Of a DNA stretch of 64,000 bases, positions 11,046-24,187 are shown piece after piece. The DNA comes from Octopus sinensis. Lineage: Eukaryota. The stretch lies in the NCBI RefSeq assembly GCF_006345805.1, contig NC_043013.1:25296001-25360000 (forward strand). The letters run 5' to 3'. The translations under genes were made by a program, and so were the position numbers. Each line of letters starts with the position of its first letter. Within the stretch, counting starts at the first letter, position 1. The notes beneath the pieces are model-generated. The model saw nothing but the letters and a program-made list of their open reading frames with translations. It searched no databases and was not told the DNA's origin.

Positions 11046-12039
11046 AGAGAAAGAGAGAGACATGCATATTTAAGGTAGCAAATACTGGATGGTAATAAAA
11101 TAATTAATAAAAGATTTAAAAACACCCACTACACTCTTAGAGTTGTTAGCGTTAGGAAGGGCATCTGGTTGTAGAAACTTTGCCAGATCAGACTGGAGAC
11201 TAATGCAGCCTTCTGGCTCACCAGCCCTCAGTCAAACCGTCCAACCCATGCCAGTAAGGAAAGCGGACGTTAAATGATTAAACAGAAAATGATGAGATGA
11301 CAAATAACTGATAATTGACAGTAAGGGAGCAAATAACATGAGAGAATAGTAAAAGAACAGATCATCATCATTTAACGTCTGCTTTCCATGCTGGCATGGG
11401 TTGGATGATTTGACTGGAACTAGTAAGCCAGGATGGGAGCTGCACCAAATTCTGACCTGATTTGGCAAGGTTTCTACGCTTGGATGCCTTTCCTAATGCC
11501 AACCGCTCTGAAAGTGTAAGGGTGTTTTTTATGTGCCACTGACTTGACACCAGTTTCACTTGGTTTGACAGGTCTACACAAGCACAGTATATTGCCAAAG
11601 GCCTTGGTCACCTGTCGCTGCCTCCATCAGGCCCAACGCTTGAATGGTGCTTTTTACATGCCACCGGCACAAGTACCAGTCAGATGGCACTGGTATTAGC
11701 CACAACTACGATATTAAAATGAATGACACTGTTAATAATAGGCAAGATACTTATTAACTCTGAAGTTGAAGAGACCAAGGTCATATTTGGAGGAAAATAA
11801 TGAGGAGGCAGTTCAGCTGTTCTAGAAAAGAAGTTCATTATACCTATCTATACTTATATAATTTGACACAAAAAAATTTAGTTTGGGAGTGAAGATCATC
11901 ATCATCATCATCATCATCATCTTCTTCCATGCTAGCATGAGTAGGACAGTACCACAAGAGCTAGCCAGGCCGAAGCCAGCACCAGACTTCTGTGACTATT
12001 ATGGCAGGATTTTTATAGCTGCATGATTGTGTACATAAA

Positions 12040-12362
12040 AGGAGCACTCCATTGGTTACGACAACGATGGACCCAGCTGATACAATCGATGGAACAGCTT
12101 GCTCGTGAAATTAACATGCAAGTGGCTGAGTACTCCACAGACACATGTACCCATAACGTAATTCTCAGGGAGATTCAACGTATTACAGATCGTGACAAGC
12201 CTGGTCCTTTGGAATACAGGTACTACTCATTTTTGCCAGATGAGTGGACTGGAGCAACGTGAAATAAAATGTCTTGCTCAAGGACACAACACATCGCCAG
12301 GAATTGAACTCACGACCTTACAATCTTGAGCCAAATGTTCTAACCACTAAGCCACGTGTCTT
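12040..12362 (-). mobile_element. tRNA-derived SINE, family C
   Basis: Minus strand reads TGGCTTAGTGG (A box)...GTTCAATTCC (B box)...GTGTCCTTGAGCAAGACA...CTCCAGTCCACTCA, a typical central SINE domain. Confidence 0.7.
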
Positions 12363-12465
12363 ACATTGTGTACATATTTATATATATTAAATGAAGAAAT
12401 TTTAGAATTAGTAAAGTGCTGAGAAACCCTCAGAAAATTCCAAGGACAATTTTGAAAGAACTTAC

Positions 12466-12613
12466 AATCCATTTGACAGGAGGTTAATTGCAATTGCCGA
12501 ACCAATGACTTCTTGAATATCACTGCCTATAATAGCTAACTCAATCATTATCCAGAGAAGTAGGCGAGGGAATTTGGGATATTCTTTTCTGCAGACTTGG
12601 GCTAAGTTCTCTC
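12466..12613 (-). CDS. Nramp: NRAMP/SLC11A coding exon (TM3 region)
   Basis: (G)[48 protein letters not shown], matching the [23 protein letters not shown] signature. TTTTGTAG acceptor, GTAAGT donor. 148 nt, phase 1 to phase 2. Confidence 0.95.
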
Positions 12614-12874
12614 CTACAAAATATTAAAAATGAAGATTTGAAAGTTTTATTTTACATTTAGAGTATATTGCATGAGCTTTGTAAAAGGTGCAATTTTTAT
12701 TTTACAATTATCAAATATTAATGATTAGGCATGGATGTGGTTGTCTGGTAAGAAGCTTGCCTCCCAACCACACCATTCCAGGTTCAGTCCCACTGCAAAT
12801 GTCTTCCACTATACCCTGGGGCAACTAATGGCTTGTGAGTGGGTTTGGGAGACAGAAACTGAAAGAAGCCTCTT

Positions 12875-12973
<99 letters not shown>

Positions 12974-15184
12974 TATATATATACACACACACAGTTTATA
13001 TATGTGTTTGTTTGCCCTCCCCACTGCTTGACAATCAGTGTTTACATCCCCATAATAAAGAAGTTCAGTAAAAGAGACTGACAGAATAATAATAGGCTTT
13101 AAAAAAATGGGTATTAGGGTCAATTGACTAAGAATTATTTGAGATGCTCCAGCATGACCACAGTCTAATGACTGAAACAAGCAAAAGATAAAACTCCAAA
13201 CACAAACCAATGTGAAAGTTTCGTTTTCTAGAAACATTGGAGCAAACAAATCTTAAGCACAACCTGGAATAAAAGTAGAACGAAATAATTCAGGTGTGAA
13301 ATTTCAGAATGTTCTGGAATAGAGACATGTTGGCCATAACTAGAAATGCTGAATAGATGCTTCATATAATTATCTTCCACAGTATTTTTTCTGGTTTTAT
13401 GTTTATCATCATCATCATCATTTAACATCCGTTTTCCATGCTAGCATGGGTCGGACGGTTCAACTGGGGTCTGGGAAGCCAGAAGGCTGTGCCAGACCCA
13501 GTCTGATCTGGCAGTGTTTCTACAGCTGGATGCTCTTCCTAACGCCAACCACTCCGAGAGTGTAGTGGGTGCTTTTTATGTGCACAGGTGCCAGACGAGG
13601 CTGGCAACGGCCACAATCGAATGGTGCTTTTTACGTGCCACCGGCACGGAGGCCAGTCGGGGCGGCACTGGCAATGGCCATGTTTCAATGGTTCTATTAC
13701 GTGCCACTGACACTGGTATCACAGCTCATCATCATTTAACATCTGTTGTCCTTGTTGGCTTAGATTGGACAGTTTGACTGGGCTGGCACGCTGGAAGGCT
13801 ACACCAGACTCCAGTCTGATTTGGCATGGTTTTCTACAGCTGGATGCCCTTCCTAAAGCCAACCACTCCGAGAGTGTATTTGGTACCTTTACGTGCCATT
13901 TGCATGACACCGGGGTGCGTTTATGTGTCACTGGCACAGGTGCCAATTTGTGTGACATTGATATCTGCTATGAGTGCAATTTTGTTCGGCTTGATAGGTC
14001 CTCTTCTCAAGCACAACATAATGCCAAAGGTATTGGTCATTGCCTCTGTAAGGCCCCATGCTCAAAAGGAACTCAGTCACTTTATCTCTCTGAGGCCCAA
14101 CACTCAAAAGGAACTCAACCACTTTGCTTCTGTCAGGCCCAACACTCAAGAGGAACTCAGCCACTTCTAATTTCAAATTCCACAGAGGATGACTTTACCT
14201 TTCATCCTCTTGGGCCTGATAAAATAAGTACCAGTTGAGTATTGGGGTTAATATAACTGACTTACCCACCTCACCCAAAATTGCTGGCCTTGTACCAAAA
14301 TTTGAAATCAATATTTGAATGATATTAATTGAAGGCAGCAAACTGGCAGAGGCATGTTGGACAAAATGCTCAGTGGCATTTCTTCTGGCTTTGTATTCTG
14401 AGTTCAAATTCTGCTAAGGTTGATTTTACCTTCTACCCTTTCAGGTTTGATAAAATAAATACCAGTCAGTTACACTGATTTACCCATCAACATCATCATC
14501 ACCACCACCACCATCACCATCACCATTTAATGTCTGTTGTCCATGTGGCATGGGTTGGACAGTTTGACTAGGGCTGGTAAGCCGGAAGGCTGTACCAGAC
14601 TCCAGTTTGATTTGGCATGGTTTCTATGGCTGGATGCCCTTTCTAATGCCAACCACTTTGAGAATGTAATAGTTGCTTTTATGTGCCACCAGCACAGGTG
14701 CCATTTGTGGGCCACAGGTATCTGCCACAAGTGTGATTTTGGTGGGCTTGATGGGTCTTCTCAAGCACAACATAATACCAAAGATCTCAATTATTGCCTC
14801 TGTGAGGCCGAACACTTGGAAGGTGCCTTTTACATGCCACCAGCATGGGTGCAGTTACATGACACCAGCATCAGCCACAACTACAATTTCACTTGGCTTG
14901 ACAGGCCTTCTCAAGCGCAATGTATCGCCAAAGATCTCAGTCACTAGTCATTGCCTCTGTGAGGCCCAAAGTTCACCACCTCATCCCATGTCTTCCTGGG
15001 TCTACCTCTACTACAGGTTCCCTCCACAGTTAGAGGTCAACACTTCTTCACACAGCTGTCCTGCTCCAAAATTAGAAACCAAGATTACTATCATCATTTG
15101 TTTTTGTAACTCGAAACAATAAATGATGAGGAACAACAAAAGACAGAATTAAATGATATAATGAATAAAAAGAGATATAATTAC

Positions 15185-15263
15185 CAGTGACAGATCCAAG
15201 TCGAGCTGCCAGGAGTTGTAATATCAAACCCATGAATGTTGACCAAAACAACATCCATAATAA
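15185..15263 (-). CDS. Nramp: NRAMP/SLC11A coding exon (TM2)
   Basis: LLWMLFWSTFMGLILQLLAARLGSVT(G), matching DMT1 [37 protein letters not shown] acceptor, GTAATT donor. 79 nt, phase 0 to phase 1. Confidence 0.95.
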
Positions 15264-16974
15264 CTATGAAAAATCAAAAAGAGAAACGAAAATAGAAAAT
15301 CAACAGAAGTTTACAATGTTGTCACATCTAAATACTTAGTGAAAACCTCAAATCGGTGTTACTATGTGATCCTCTATATGAGTAGTCATGTACCTCCTCT
15401 GCAGCAAGAAACCTGTTCTGTTCCGTTCCGGCCCTTTTCTCTCTTACTTTAATCTTCTCTACTCCTCATCTCCTAACATGAAGTTGCCCACCTCAGGGCT
15501 TAAGGTCCTGCAAGTAGTTGGCATTAGGAAAGGCATCTAGCTATAAAAACCACACTGTAACAAGAAGGAAATTGGAAAGACGATACCACATTGGTTAGGA
15601 TAATGTGTATGTAAGAAGGTTTCAGATATAAGTGTATTTTTTTTATAGCTAGATGCCTTTCCTAATGCCAACTACTTTACAATATTTACTGGGGTCTTAT
15701 TTTCATGTCACCATGAAGCTTGCAGGATCATAAGCCCTGAGGTGGGCAACTTCATGTTAGGAGACGAGGAGTAGAGGAGATTAAAGTAAGAGAGAAAAGG
15801 GCCGGAACAGAACAGGTTTCTTGCTGCAGAGGAGGTACATGACTACTCATATAGAGGATCACATAGTAACACCAATTTGAGGTTTTCACTAAGTTTTTGG
15901 ATGTGACAACATTGTAAAATGTATACATGGATGTACTATTAAATATCAGAAGACAATGGGTTTTTTCTGCAAATGAACATCACAATTTATTCCATGGTCA
16001 CACATAAAGCAGTAGGCATATCAGAGATAAGTGTTTAAGGCAACAGGGTGTAGCAAGACATGAGTAAATTTCTTAATAAAATCAAGGTAGTTAGATTCAG
16101 TACTTGGCTGCAAATCTAAAAAATCCAATGAGTTTTGAAGTGGTTGTGAGGTGAGGTAGAAATTCCATAGTTGTATGAACGGTGTTAATTTAACAATGTT
16201 TTGTCATCTGGACAAAGAACTGATGTGTTTACATCTTGATGACTTCTCAGAAACTGATTATTGCCTTTCAAAACTTGTGCTTCACTGCTAGGTCATATAT
16301 ATCCTTCCATGGCCAGCAGTGATTGGATGTTTTGGGCATAGCACAGTGTACTATGCCACCACAACAAAATAGTGCTAACTTGTTTTGCTACTATACAATT
16401 AACAGACAGTAGAGCCTATTGGATCCTATCAAACAATCCAGCCTATTGCCAGCAGAGAACATAAATATTAGATGATGATGATGAACTTAGTCAAACAAGG
16501 ATCTTTCAGCCAGAAGCATGATTTGTAGGTTTTAAGTTAGTTTGACAATATTATACACAAACAATTCGACAGCTGTTACATCATCATCATTTATAGTCTG
16601 TTTTTCATGCTGGCATGGGTTGGGCGATTTGACTGAGGACTAGCAAGCCAGGAGGATGCACCAAGCTCCAGTTTGATCTGGAAATATTCCTACAGCTGGA
16701 TGCCTTTCCTAATGCCAACCACTCCAAGAATGTAGTGGATGCTTTTTACATGCCACTGGCATGGGGGCCAGTCAGGCAGCACTGGCATTGGCCACATTCA
16801 GATGGTGCTTTTTACATGCTACTAGCACAGGAGCAAGTTGGGGCAGGGGTTGCTGGCATTGACCATGTTTGGATAGTGCTTTTTACATTCCACAGGCATG
16901 GGGAGTCACATTTTAATCAATTTCACTGAAACTTCCTTTTTTTTTTGCAGTTCTATATGTAAAAGATGAGGAAT

Positions 16975-17218
16975 TATGTACATTATTTACATTTCACGGA
17001 TAATTGTCCTCATCTCGTTTGCTGTTTACACAACGTTTCACCTGATATACCCTCCAGCCTTCATCAGGTGTCTTGGGGAAATTTTGAACCTGAGTTCTCA
17101 ATCCTAAGGTATTTTTTTATGTTATTATTATTATTATTCATGTCACTGCCTAGAATCAAACTCAGAATCTTGGGGTTAGTAGCCCGTGCTCTTAACGACT
17201 ATGCTGTATGGCCAGCAG
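16975..17218 (-). mobile_element. tRNA-headed SINE-like element containing a minimal hammerhead ribozyme motif
   Basis: Minus strand: tRNA-like head (AGCATAGTCGTTAAG...GAGTTTGATTCTAGG), (AAT)n linker, then GACAC-CTGATGA-A-GGCTG...CAGGT-GAAACGTT-GTGT. Confidence 0.72.
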
Positions 17219-17294
17219 TAATCTGAATAATAATAATAATATTAACATCGAAAAATACCTTAGGAATGAGAACCGAGGTTCAAAATTTCCCCAA

Positions 17295-17340
17295 GACACC
17301 TGATGAAGGCTGGAGGGTATATCAGCTGAAATGTTGTGTT
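17295..17340 (+). ncRNA. Minimal type I hammerhead ribozyme motif (Penelope-type), plus-strand copy
   Basis: P1 GACAC/GTGTT, core CTGATGA (17300-17306), P2 GGCTG/CAGCT, GAAA (17328-17331). The P3 palindrome ACGT is mutated to ATGT in this copy. Confidence 0.65.
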
Positions 17341-17712
17341 AACAACAAACAAGATGAGGACAAATATCCACCAAACATAAATAATGTTCTTTTTTTTTCC
17401 ATAGCAGGAAGTATTATTTGATTTGCTTTACCATGAAATAGTTTAACATATGACCTCATTTTGAATCTTACAAATTCACTTCATTTACATTACTAATGTA
17501 TTTAAGAAAGCCATAAATTCTTCAACAGTGATTTTCTTTGATGTATTCTGACAGAAAAACTAATTATTCCACTTGCTTAATACTCATTAGGATTGACTTC
17601 TGCTTGAATATCATTTAGAATTCTATCAAAAATATTTTTTACAGAATACTTTCTACCAGAAATTTATGTAAGATATATTCTTATCGAAGCTATGTTTTGC
17701 TTGCTGGTTTTT

Positions 17713-17778
<66 letters not shown>

Positions 17779-19265
17779 GATTAGGAGTGGCTGTGTGGTA
17801 AGTAGCTTGGTTATGAACCACATGGTTCTGGGTTCAGTCCCACTGCGTGGCACCTTGGGTAAGTGTCTTCTACTATAGTCTTGAGCCAACCAAAGCTCTT
17901 GTGAGTGGAACTGGTAGATAGAAACTGAAAGAAGCTAGTTGTCATCATCATCATTTAACGTCCATTTTCCATACTGGTATGGGTTGGACGGTTTGACTGA
18001 GGACTGGTGAGCTAGATGGCTGTACCACCTCCAATCTGATTTGGCACATGTTTTCTACAGCTGGATGCCCTTCCTAATGCCAACAACTCTGAGAGTGTAG
18101 TGGGTGCTTTACCGTGCTACTGGCATGAAGGCCAGTCAAGCAGTAGTGGCAACAGCCATGCTCAAATGGTGTATTTTATGTACCACCTGCACAGGAGCCA
18201 GTCCAGTGGCACTGGCAACAACCTCGCTCACATGTTATTTTTCACGTGCCGGTAAGGCGATGCTGGTAAAGATCATGCTCGAATGGTGCTTTTTTACATG
18301 CCACCGGCAAGGGACACAGTCAGCAACCCTGGCAACAATTGGGCTTGGATGGTGCTTTAACATTCTACTAGCACGGGTGACAGTCACGCAGTGCTGTCAT
18401 CGGCCACATCAGCGAATTTGATTTCACTTGCCTCAACAGGTCATTGCAAGCAAATTTTAGTATCCAACAAAAGAAAGGTACACACAAGTGAGCTGGTTAC
18501 ACAGCTGGCTTAGGTCACGGGTTATGGTCTCATTTGGGTTGCCGGGTCTTCTCCAGCACACACATATACATATATGCAAACTTTAGGTTAGTTAAAATAT
18601 GTTTGTGATGTATTTCGTCTTCTAAAGGCAAATTTACTGCAGTTACCATGGAGAAAAAATTCTCTTTTATGGTAAAAAAGGTCATATCTGTCCAGTGATG
18701 TACCCTGTCAGATTCCTAGATTGTTTCTAGCTCTTTAGGTATTATCAATGGAAAATACTGAAGAGAGATAACTCTGGGCAGATTTTGAAGTCATAGCTTT
18801 AACTTATAACACAATCAACAATACTGATTCAGTTGCGCTATTAGACAACCAAGTCAGAAGAAATTCAGCAGTATCAGTGCCAAACAGTGTTTAGGAATTG
18901 GAGAGCTTTATAAATATATATCATCATCATCATCAACATCTGTTTTCCATGCTGGCATGGGTTGGACAGTTTGACTGAGGTCTGGGAAGCCAGGAGGCAG
19001 CACCATACTCCAATCTAATCTGGCAGTGTTTCTACAGCTGGATGTCCTTCCTAACGCTAATCACTCTGAGAGTATAGTGGGTGCTTTTTACATGCCACCG
19101 GCACAGGGGCCACTGGGGGCTGGCAACGACCACATTTGGATGATGCTTTTACATGCCACTAGAACGGGGAGCCAGACAGGCGCTGCTGGCATCAGCCATA
19201 ACTACAATTTCCATTCGATAATGCATCCTCAGTATTTTGAAGAGCCTGAAACCATTGTATATATA

Positions 19266-19311
<46 letters not shown>

Positions 19312-19699
19312 ATATGTATGTATGTATGCATGTGTGTGTGTGTATGTGTTTGCCCATCACCACTGCTAGACAACCAATGTTAGTTTGTTTACATCCCTGT
19401 AACTTAGCAGTTCAGCAAAAGAGAGCCAATAGAACAAATATGAGGCTTAAAAGAAATGCATTGGGGTTAATTCCTTTGACTAAAACCTCTTCAAGGTAAT
19501 GCCCTGGTTTGGCCACAGTCTACTGACTAAAACAAGTAAAAGAGAGGAGGTTCCAAAGTTTGGGTCAGCAACTTTAGAACCAAGAACAAGAAACATTTTT
19601 GTTATTTACGCACATAAAACCATAACATTTTTTTGTGCTAATTTCATTTTAATTTTTTTATTTTTCATTTCACACATGGAATATGAAATTATTTCTTAC

Positions 19700-19825
19700 C
19701 TTATATTTAACAATGACTCCTGTCTGAAGGTCAGATTCTATATTACCTGGATCCAAGTAAGCAATACTCATCAGAAAACCTGGACCTGTAAAAGCCCATA
19801 GTTTTCGGAAGCTAAACCTTCTTGG
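19700..19825 (-). CDS. Nramp: NRAMP/SLC11A coding exon (TM1, DPGN metal-binding motif)
   Basis: [42 protein letters not shown], nearly identical to the [36 protein letters not shown] signature. TTTCCAG acceptor, GTAAGA donor. 126 nt, phase 0 to phase 0. Confidence 0.97.
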
Positions 19826-21269
19826 CTGGAAATAAAACATTAAAAGAGAAAAAAATTTAAATTAAAAATACATCAATTTAGATATTTGTATACTGTTATC
19901 ACCATGAAGATGTCTTCTTGTAAGTGAAGCCTAATTTCCTTATTTAGTTGGTGGAGAAAGGGGCAATGATCATAGCCTACTGTAGACCCTTCCAGATTGT
20001 TGAGATCATGGCAGTTGTTGTAATCCTTTAATCCAAGTGTTATCCTTCATAGTCCAGTTCCAGTGACTTGCCTGGACCAATGTAAACCTTCTATGCCAGA
20101 TGTCCTGATTGAGTGATGACACATGAATGTCTGGCCTGGACTTTAGTCCCATTAGTCTTTCACAAGCTGAAATATCTCATCTGTGCATGCCATGATTACA
20201 GATGATAGCAGCAGTTCACTAACTGAACTGGTTGCTCCTGGCCATTGACAGTTTGTTGTCTGTCCAGCCATACAACATCTCATGATATTTGCCATTGATT
20301 CAATAAGATTCATTTACAGAAATAGCTCACATCCATTGTGTTGTATCCCATAATTTCAAAATACCCTGACTAGGGTGGTTACATGCCATTTAACCCAATA
20401 TCTGGGACCCTGACAGGTGCTACCACTCTGGGACAGAGTAGACCTGGGAACAATAGTGCGTGAGAGGTTGTTCTTTGATCTTCAAAATCCTGGAACTCTT
20501 GAACCAAGACACCAACTACTGGATGCAGTTTAAAAAATTTGGGGGAAGGAGGCAAAGCCAATTACATTGACCCCAGTTCCTGACTCATATTGACTCTGAA
20601 AGGACAAATGGTAGAGTGAAAGTCAGCCTTGGCAAAACAGAGACACTGGTTAACTTGACAGTGTTGTCCTCGAGAAGGTCTGCTTCTTGTTTTATCAAGA
20701 ATACAAGCAGATGAACAGTTTAGAGGTGGGTTTTCTGCTAGTCTATGCAATATACATTTAATTGCAGGTGTGGCTGTGTCGTAAAAAGCTTGCTTCCCTA
20801 CCACATGGTTCTGGGTTCAGTCCCACTGCATGGCACCTTGGGCGAGTGTCTTCTACTATAGCCTTGGGCTGACCAAAGCCTTGTGAGTGGATTTGGTAGA
20901 TGGAAACTGAAAGAAGCCCATTGTGTGTGTGTGTGTGTGTGTGTATGTGTTTGTGTGTCTGTGTTTGTTCTCTCACCATCACTTGACAACCAATGTTGGT
21001 GTGTTTATGTCCCCGTAACTTAGTGATTTGGCAAAAGAGACCAATAGAATAAGTACTAGGCTTACAAAGAATAAGTCCTGGGGTTAATTTGTTTAACTAA
21101 AGGCAGTGCTCCAGTCAAATGATTGAAACAAGTAAAAGAATATATATACATATATATAATCTTGTCTTCATATATATCAAATGATTTTGTCCATTTTTTT
21201 TTATTATGAAAGACATTTTATTATCAACAACAGATTTTTACAAGAAGAGAATGGAAAAAAAATTCCAAG

Positions 21270-21800
21270 TATAAAAGATCTCACCCTAACTCTAACCCTA
21301 AATCTAAAATAGATTGAAATGCAATAGATCGATACTAGGGTTATAATTATGGGTGACAATTTCATACGACACCGCTACTGAAAATGGGATTTTTTTCTAG
21401 TGGTGTCAAATGAAAATGTCACCCATAATTATAACCCTAGTATCGATCTATTGCATTTCAATCTATTTTAGATTTAGGGTTAGAGTTAGAGTTAGGGTTA
21501 GGGGTGGGGGAAGGGTATCTTTTTTTCTTCGCAAATGTAAATAAACCCAATCTGTTTCTTAAACGAGGGACATATTCATACAGCACGGAATGTTTTCACC
21601 CCAAATGGAGGTCAGCGATTGGTTAAAATTGCCAAAATGCTTGAAATTAAAGTGGAAATATGTTACAACATATAGAATTTTCTCAATAAAGCCAAGAAAA
21701 AAATGATGTTTTATAAACACATTCTACCAGTATACGAAGTTTAAAAGTGTTTAGTTAACTAGAAATGTTGTTGACATGTGCCGTTCAAAAGGAAAAGATC
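21270..21800. mobile_element. Non-autonomous DNA element with a long palindrome and telomere-like TTAGGG/TTAGAG repeats
   Basis: 21283-21385 is the reverse complement of about 21402-21500. The element ends in GCCGTTCAAAAGGAAAAGATCC, a terminus also seen at ~24590-24645. Confidence 0.6.
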
Positions 21801-23395
21801 CCACGTCTGAATTACCAAGAGTGGATATCTTAACTTAGCTGGGTTGCGTTGTGTGCACATATGAGAGGAATATTAGGTACAAACACACCTACACGGAGTC
21901 TTGATATTCAATAGTCAAATATTGTTGGTGTGTGTACTATACCGAACTAGCGAGGGACCTCAATTTAAGTACCTAATTCAACTGATTCTGAATTGTATTT
22001 TAATATTAATATAGGTGATGGTGTGGTTGTGTGGTAAGAAACTTGCTTCCCAACCACATGGTACTCAGTTCAATCCCACGAGTGTATTCTACTATAGCGT
22101 TGAGCTGACCAAAGCCTCTGGTAAAAAGAAGTGAAAGAAGCCCGTCAAATATGTGCGCGCGCGAGTTTCACCAACGCTTGACAACTAGTATTGGTGCGTT
22201 TACATCCCTGTAACTTAGCAAATTGACAAAACAAACTGATATAAGTATAGGGCTTCAAAAAATAAGCGCTGGGGTTGATTCACGTGACAAAAATTCTTCA
22301 ATGCGGGAGCCCCAGCATGGACACAGTCTAATATATAAAACACACACACAAACTTATATAGATATGTATGTGTGTGTATTGTCCCCCAACACCATTCGAC
22401 AACCGGTATTGGTTTGTTTAGGTCCCCGGAATTTAGCGGTTCAGCAAAAGCATCCTATAAAATGAGTACGAAACTATTAAAAAATAAGTAGCGGGGTCGA
22501 TCTGTTCGACTAAACACCTTTCAATGCGGTGCCCCAGGATAGCCGCAGTGCAATGACTGAAAAGAATAAAAAAAAAAAAATTACGATATATATCAAGCTA
22601 ATCAGACGAACTTTTCGATTTCTGTACATATAAGTAGATAATAAAGTAATGGAAGACTAGTCTCGAAGACGTAGAAAGGTCGCGCATGTTATATGCTTCC
22701 GAAAGTAGCATTGATTAAATTCAATTCTTGTAAGTTGAAAAGAGATTGTCTTAAGTTACATGCACGATGCAATGTTTACACTTTGATGGATGTCCAATAT
22801 CATTTTTATCTTATATATTGTTAACGGGGGTAACGTGGCATCGTTGCGATCTACGAAAAGAAGACTGGAGTTTAACAATTGTTTACTTTCCAGTTTGATG
22901 TTATTTTATACTATAACATGTTCATTGTATGAAAGATCGGTGTCTGTTAGAGGACAAGGTTTCGTGCAAGGTAATTATTTTCCGACGGACCGGGGCATGA
23001 CACGCAGTGCGTCATATATAATTCAATTGTTATATAGAACACACACATATATATATATATAGTACCGGAAAACATTTTCGGGCAAATTTACGCTTGTAAA
23101 CAAATCCATTATGTAATCAAAAAATGTGACTTAAAACACAACTGAAAGGTTTTATACCGCCTAAATATATTTTTAATTAATAACATTATCGATGTTTATA
23201 TAATAAGAATAATTCATGTGAAAATGGTATGAAGTGCTTAATTTTCATGTAGACTTGTGATATGTGTTTACTGATTTATTCTATAAAATAAATATAGATC
23301 TTTAAGTGGCACTTATACTGCTAGAAATAGTAGCTAAGTTCCAATTAAATTACTGTACTCGTAAAAAGAGAACACGTGAAATAAGGCCTAGATAC

Positions 23396-23446
23396 TTCAA
23401 TAAAGATGGGATTGTCACGGCTGGAATACGTTCGATGAGGATTAAC
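23396..23446 (-). CDS. Possible small N-terminal NRAMP exon (VNPHRTYSSRDNPIFIE)
   Basis: TCTTTAACCCCAG acceptor and a weak GTATCT donor give a 51-nt phase 0/0 exon that fits between the flanking exons. DNPIF loosely recalls the INPAY segment of DMT1. Not confirmable without transcripts. Confidence 0.35.
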
Positions 23447-24187
23447 CTGGGGTTAAAGACTAACAACAATAAATTAGAGAAAACCTCCGTGGTTGTTAGA
23501 CATGATAGAAATAACAAAATATACCACATCTTCATTAACCAATACGATACTACTATGTCAACGGTACAAATTGGATAACATCACCGAAAGTTGGGATTGT
23601 CACGGTTGGAATGATTTTGAGCATAGAGGTAGTTGATCAAGGTTGCCTTACAGTCTAACATCCATTTTATTATGAAATATAAACAATTGTGAGAATTTAT
23701 TTTATGGAAAGAAGTAAGGACGGTCGTATTTAATACAAAGGCCTGTCATATATAGGTCTTCGTATTTTTTTTAATACGCATTTTTTAATTCGCATTTTTT
23801 TTTAGAAAATTTATTATTAGTATTCGTATTTTTTCTTTTTTAAATGAAAAACTTTCAATGACAACGTCTTACATTTTCCATCATATTTATTTACATTTGA
23901 AAAAAATAAAGCGACAAGAGAAGATCCAACAACGATTGAAAAAAAAATGTTAATTAACAGCACAAAATAAGGAAAGATTTCCAGACAATGGACATGAATC
24001 AGAATAAAAACAGTAATAAACGAGTGAAGAACAAATATGTGCAGTGCGTGTGTTTATTTGGCAAAAAAAAAAAAAGACCATTCTAAAAACAACAATAATT
24101 ATTTCGGGAAAAAAATCCCCAAAACAAGACAATAATTATTGTTATCTCTTATTGTTTTTATAAAGAAACCAAAATAAATCAACTTAC

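Noticed and set aside
19741-19747. GTAATA after ...LDP G as a splice donor
   Set aside because: The frame continues as [10 protein letters not shown] to a better GTAAGA donor at 19699-19694 that gives the phase needed by the next exon.
19930-20380. Coding-like sequence just upstream of the NRAMP TM1 exon as a missing exon
   Set aside because: It has stops in the frames examined and no NRAMP similarity, so it is more likely a decayed retroelement.
21470-21505. Interstitial telomere or chromosome-fusion site
   Set aside because: Only a few degenerate TTAGGG/TTAGAG units embedded in a repeat element.
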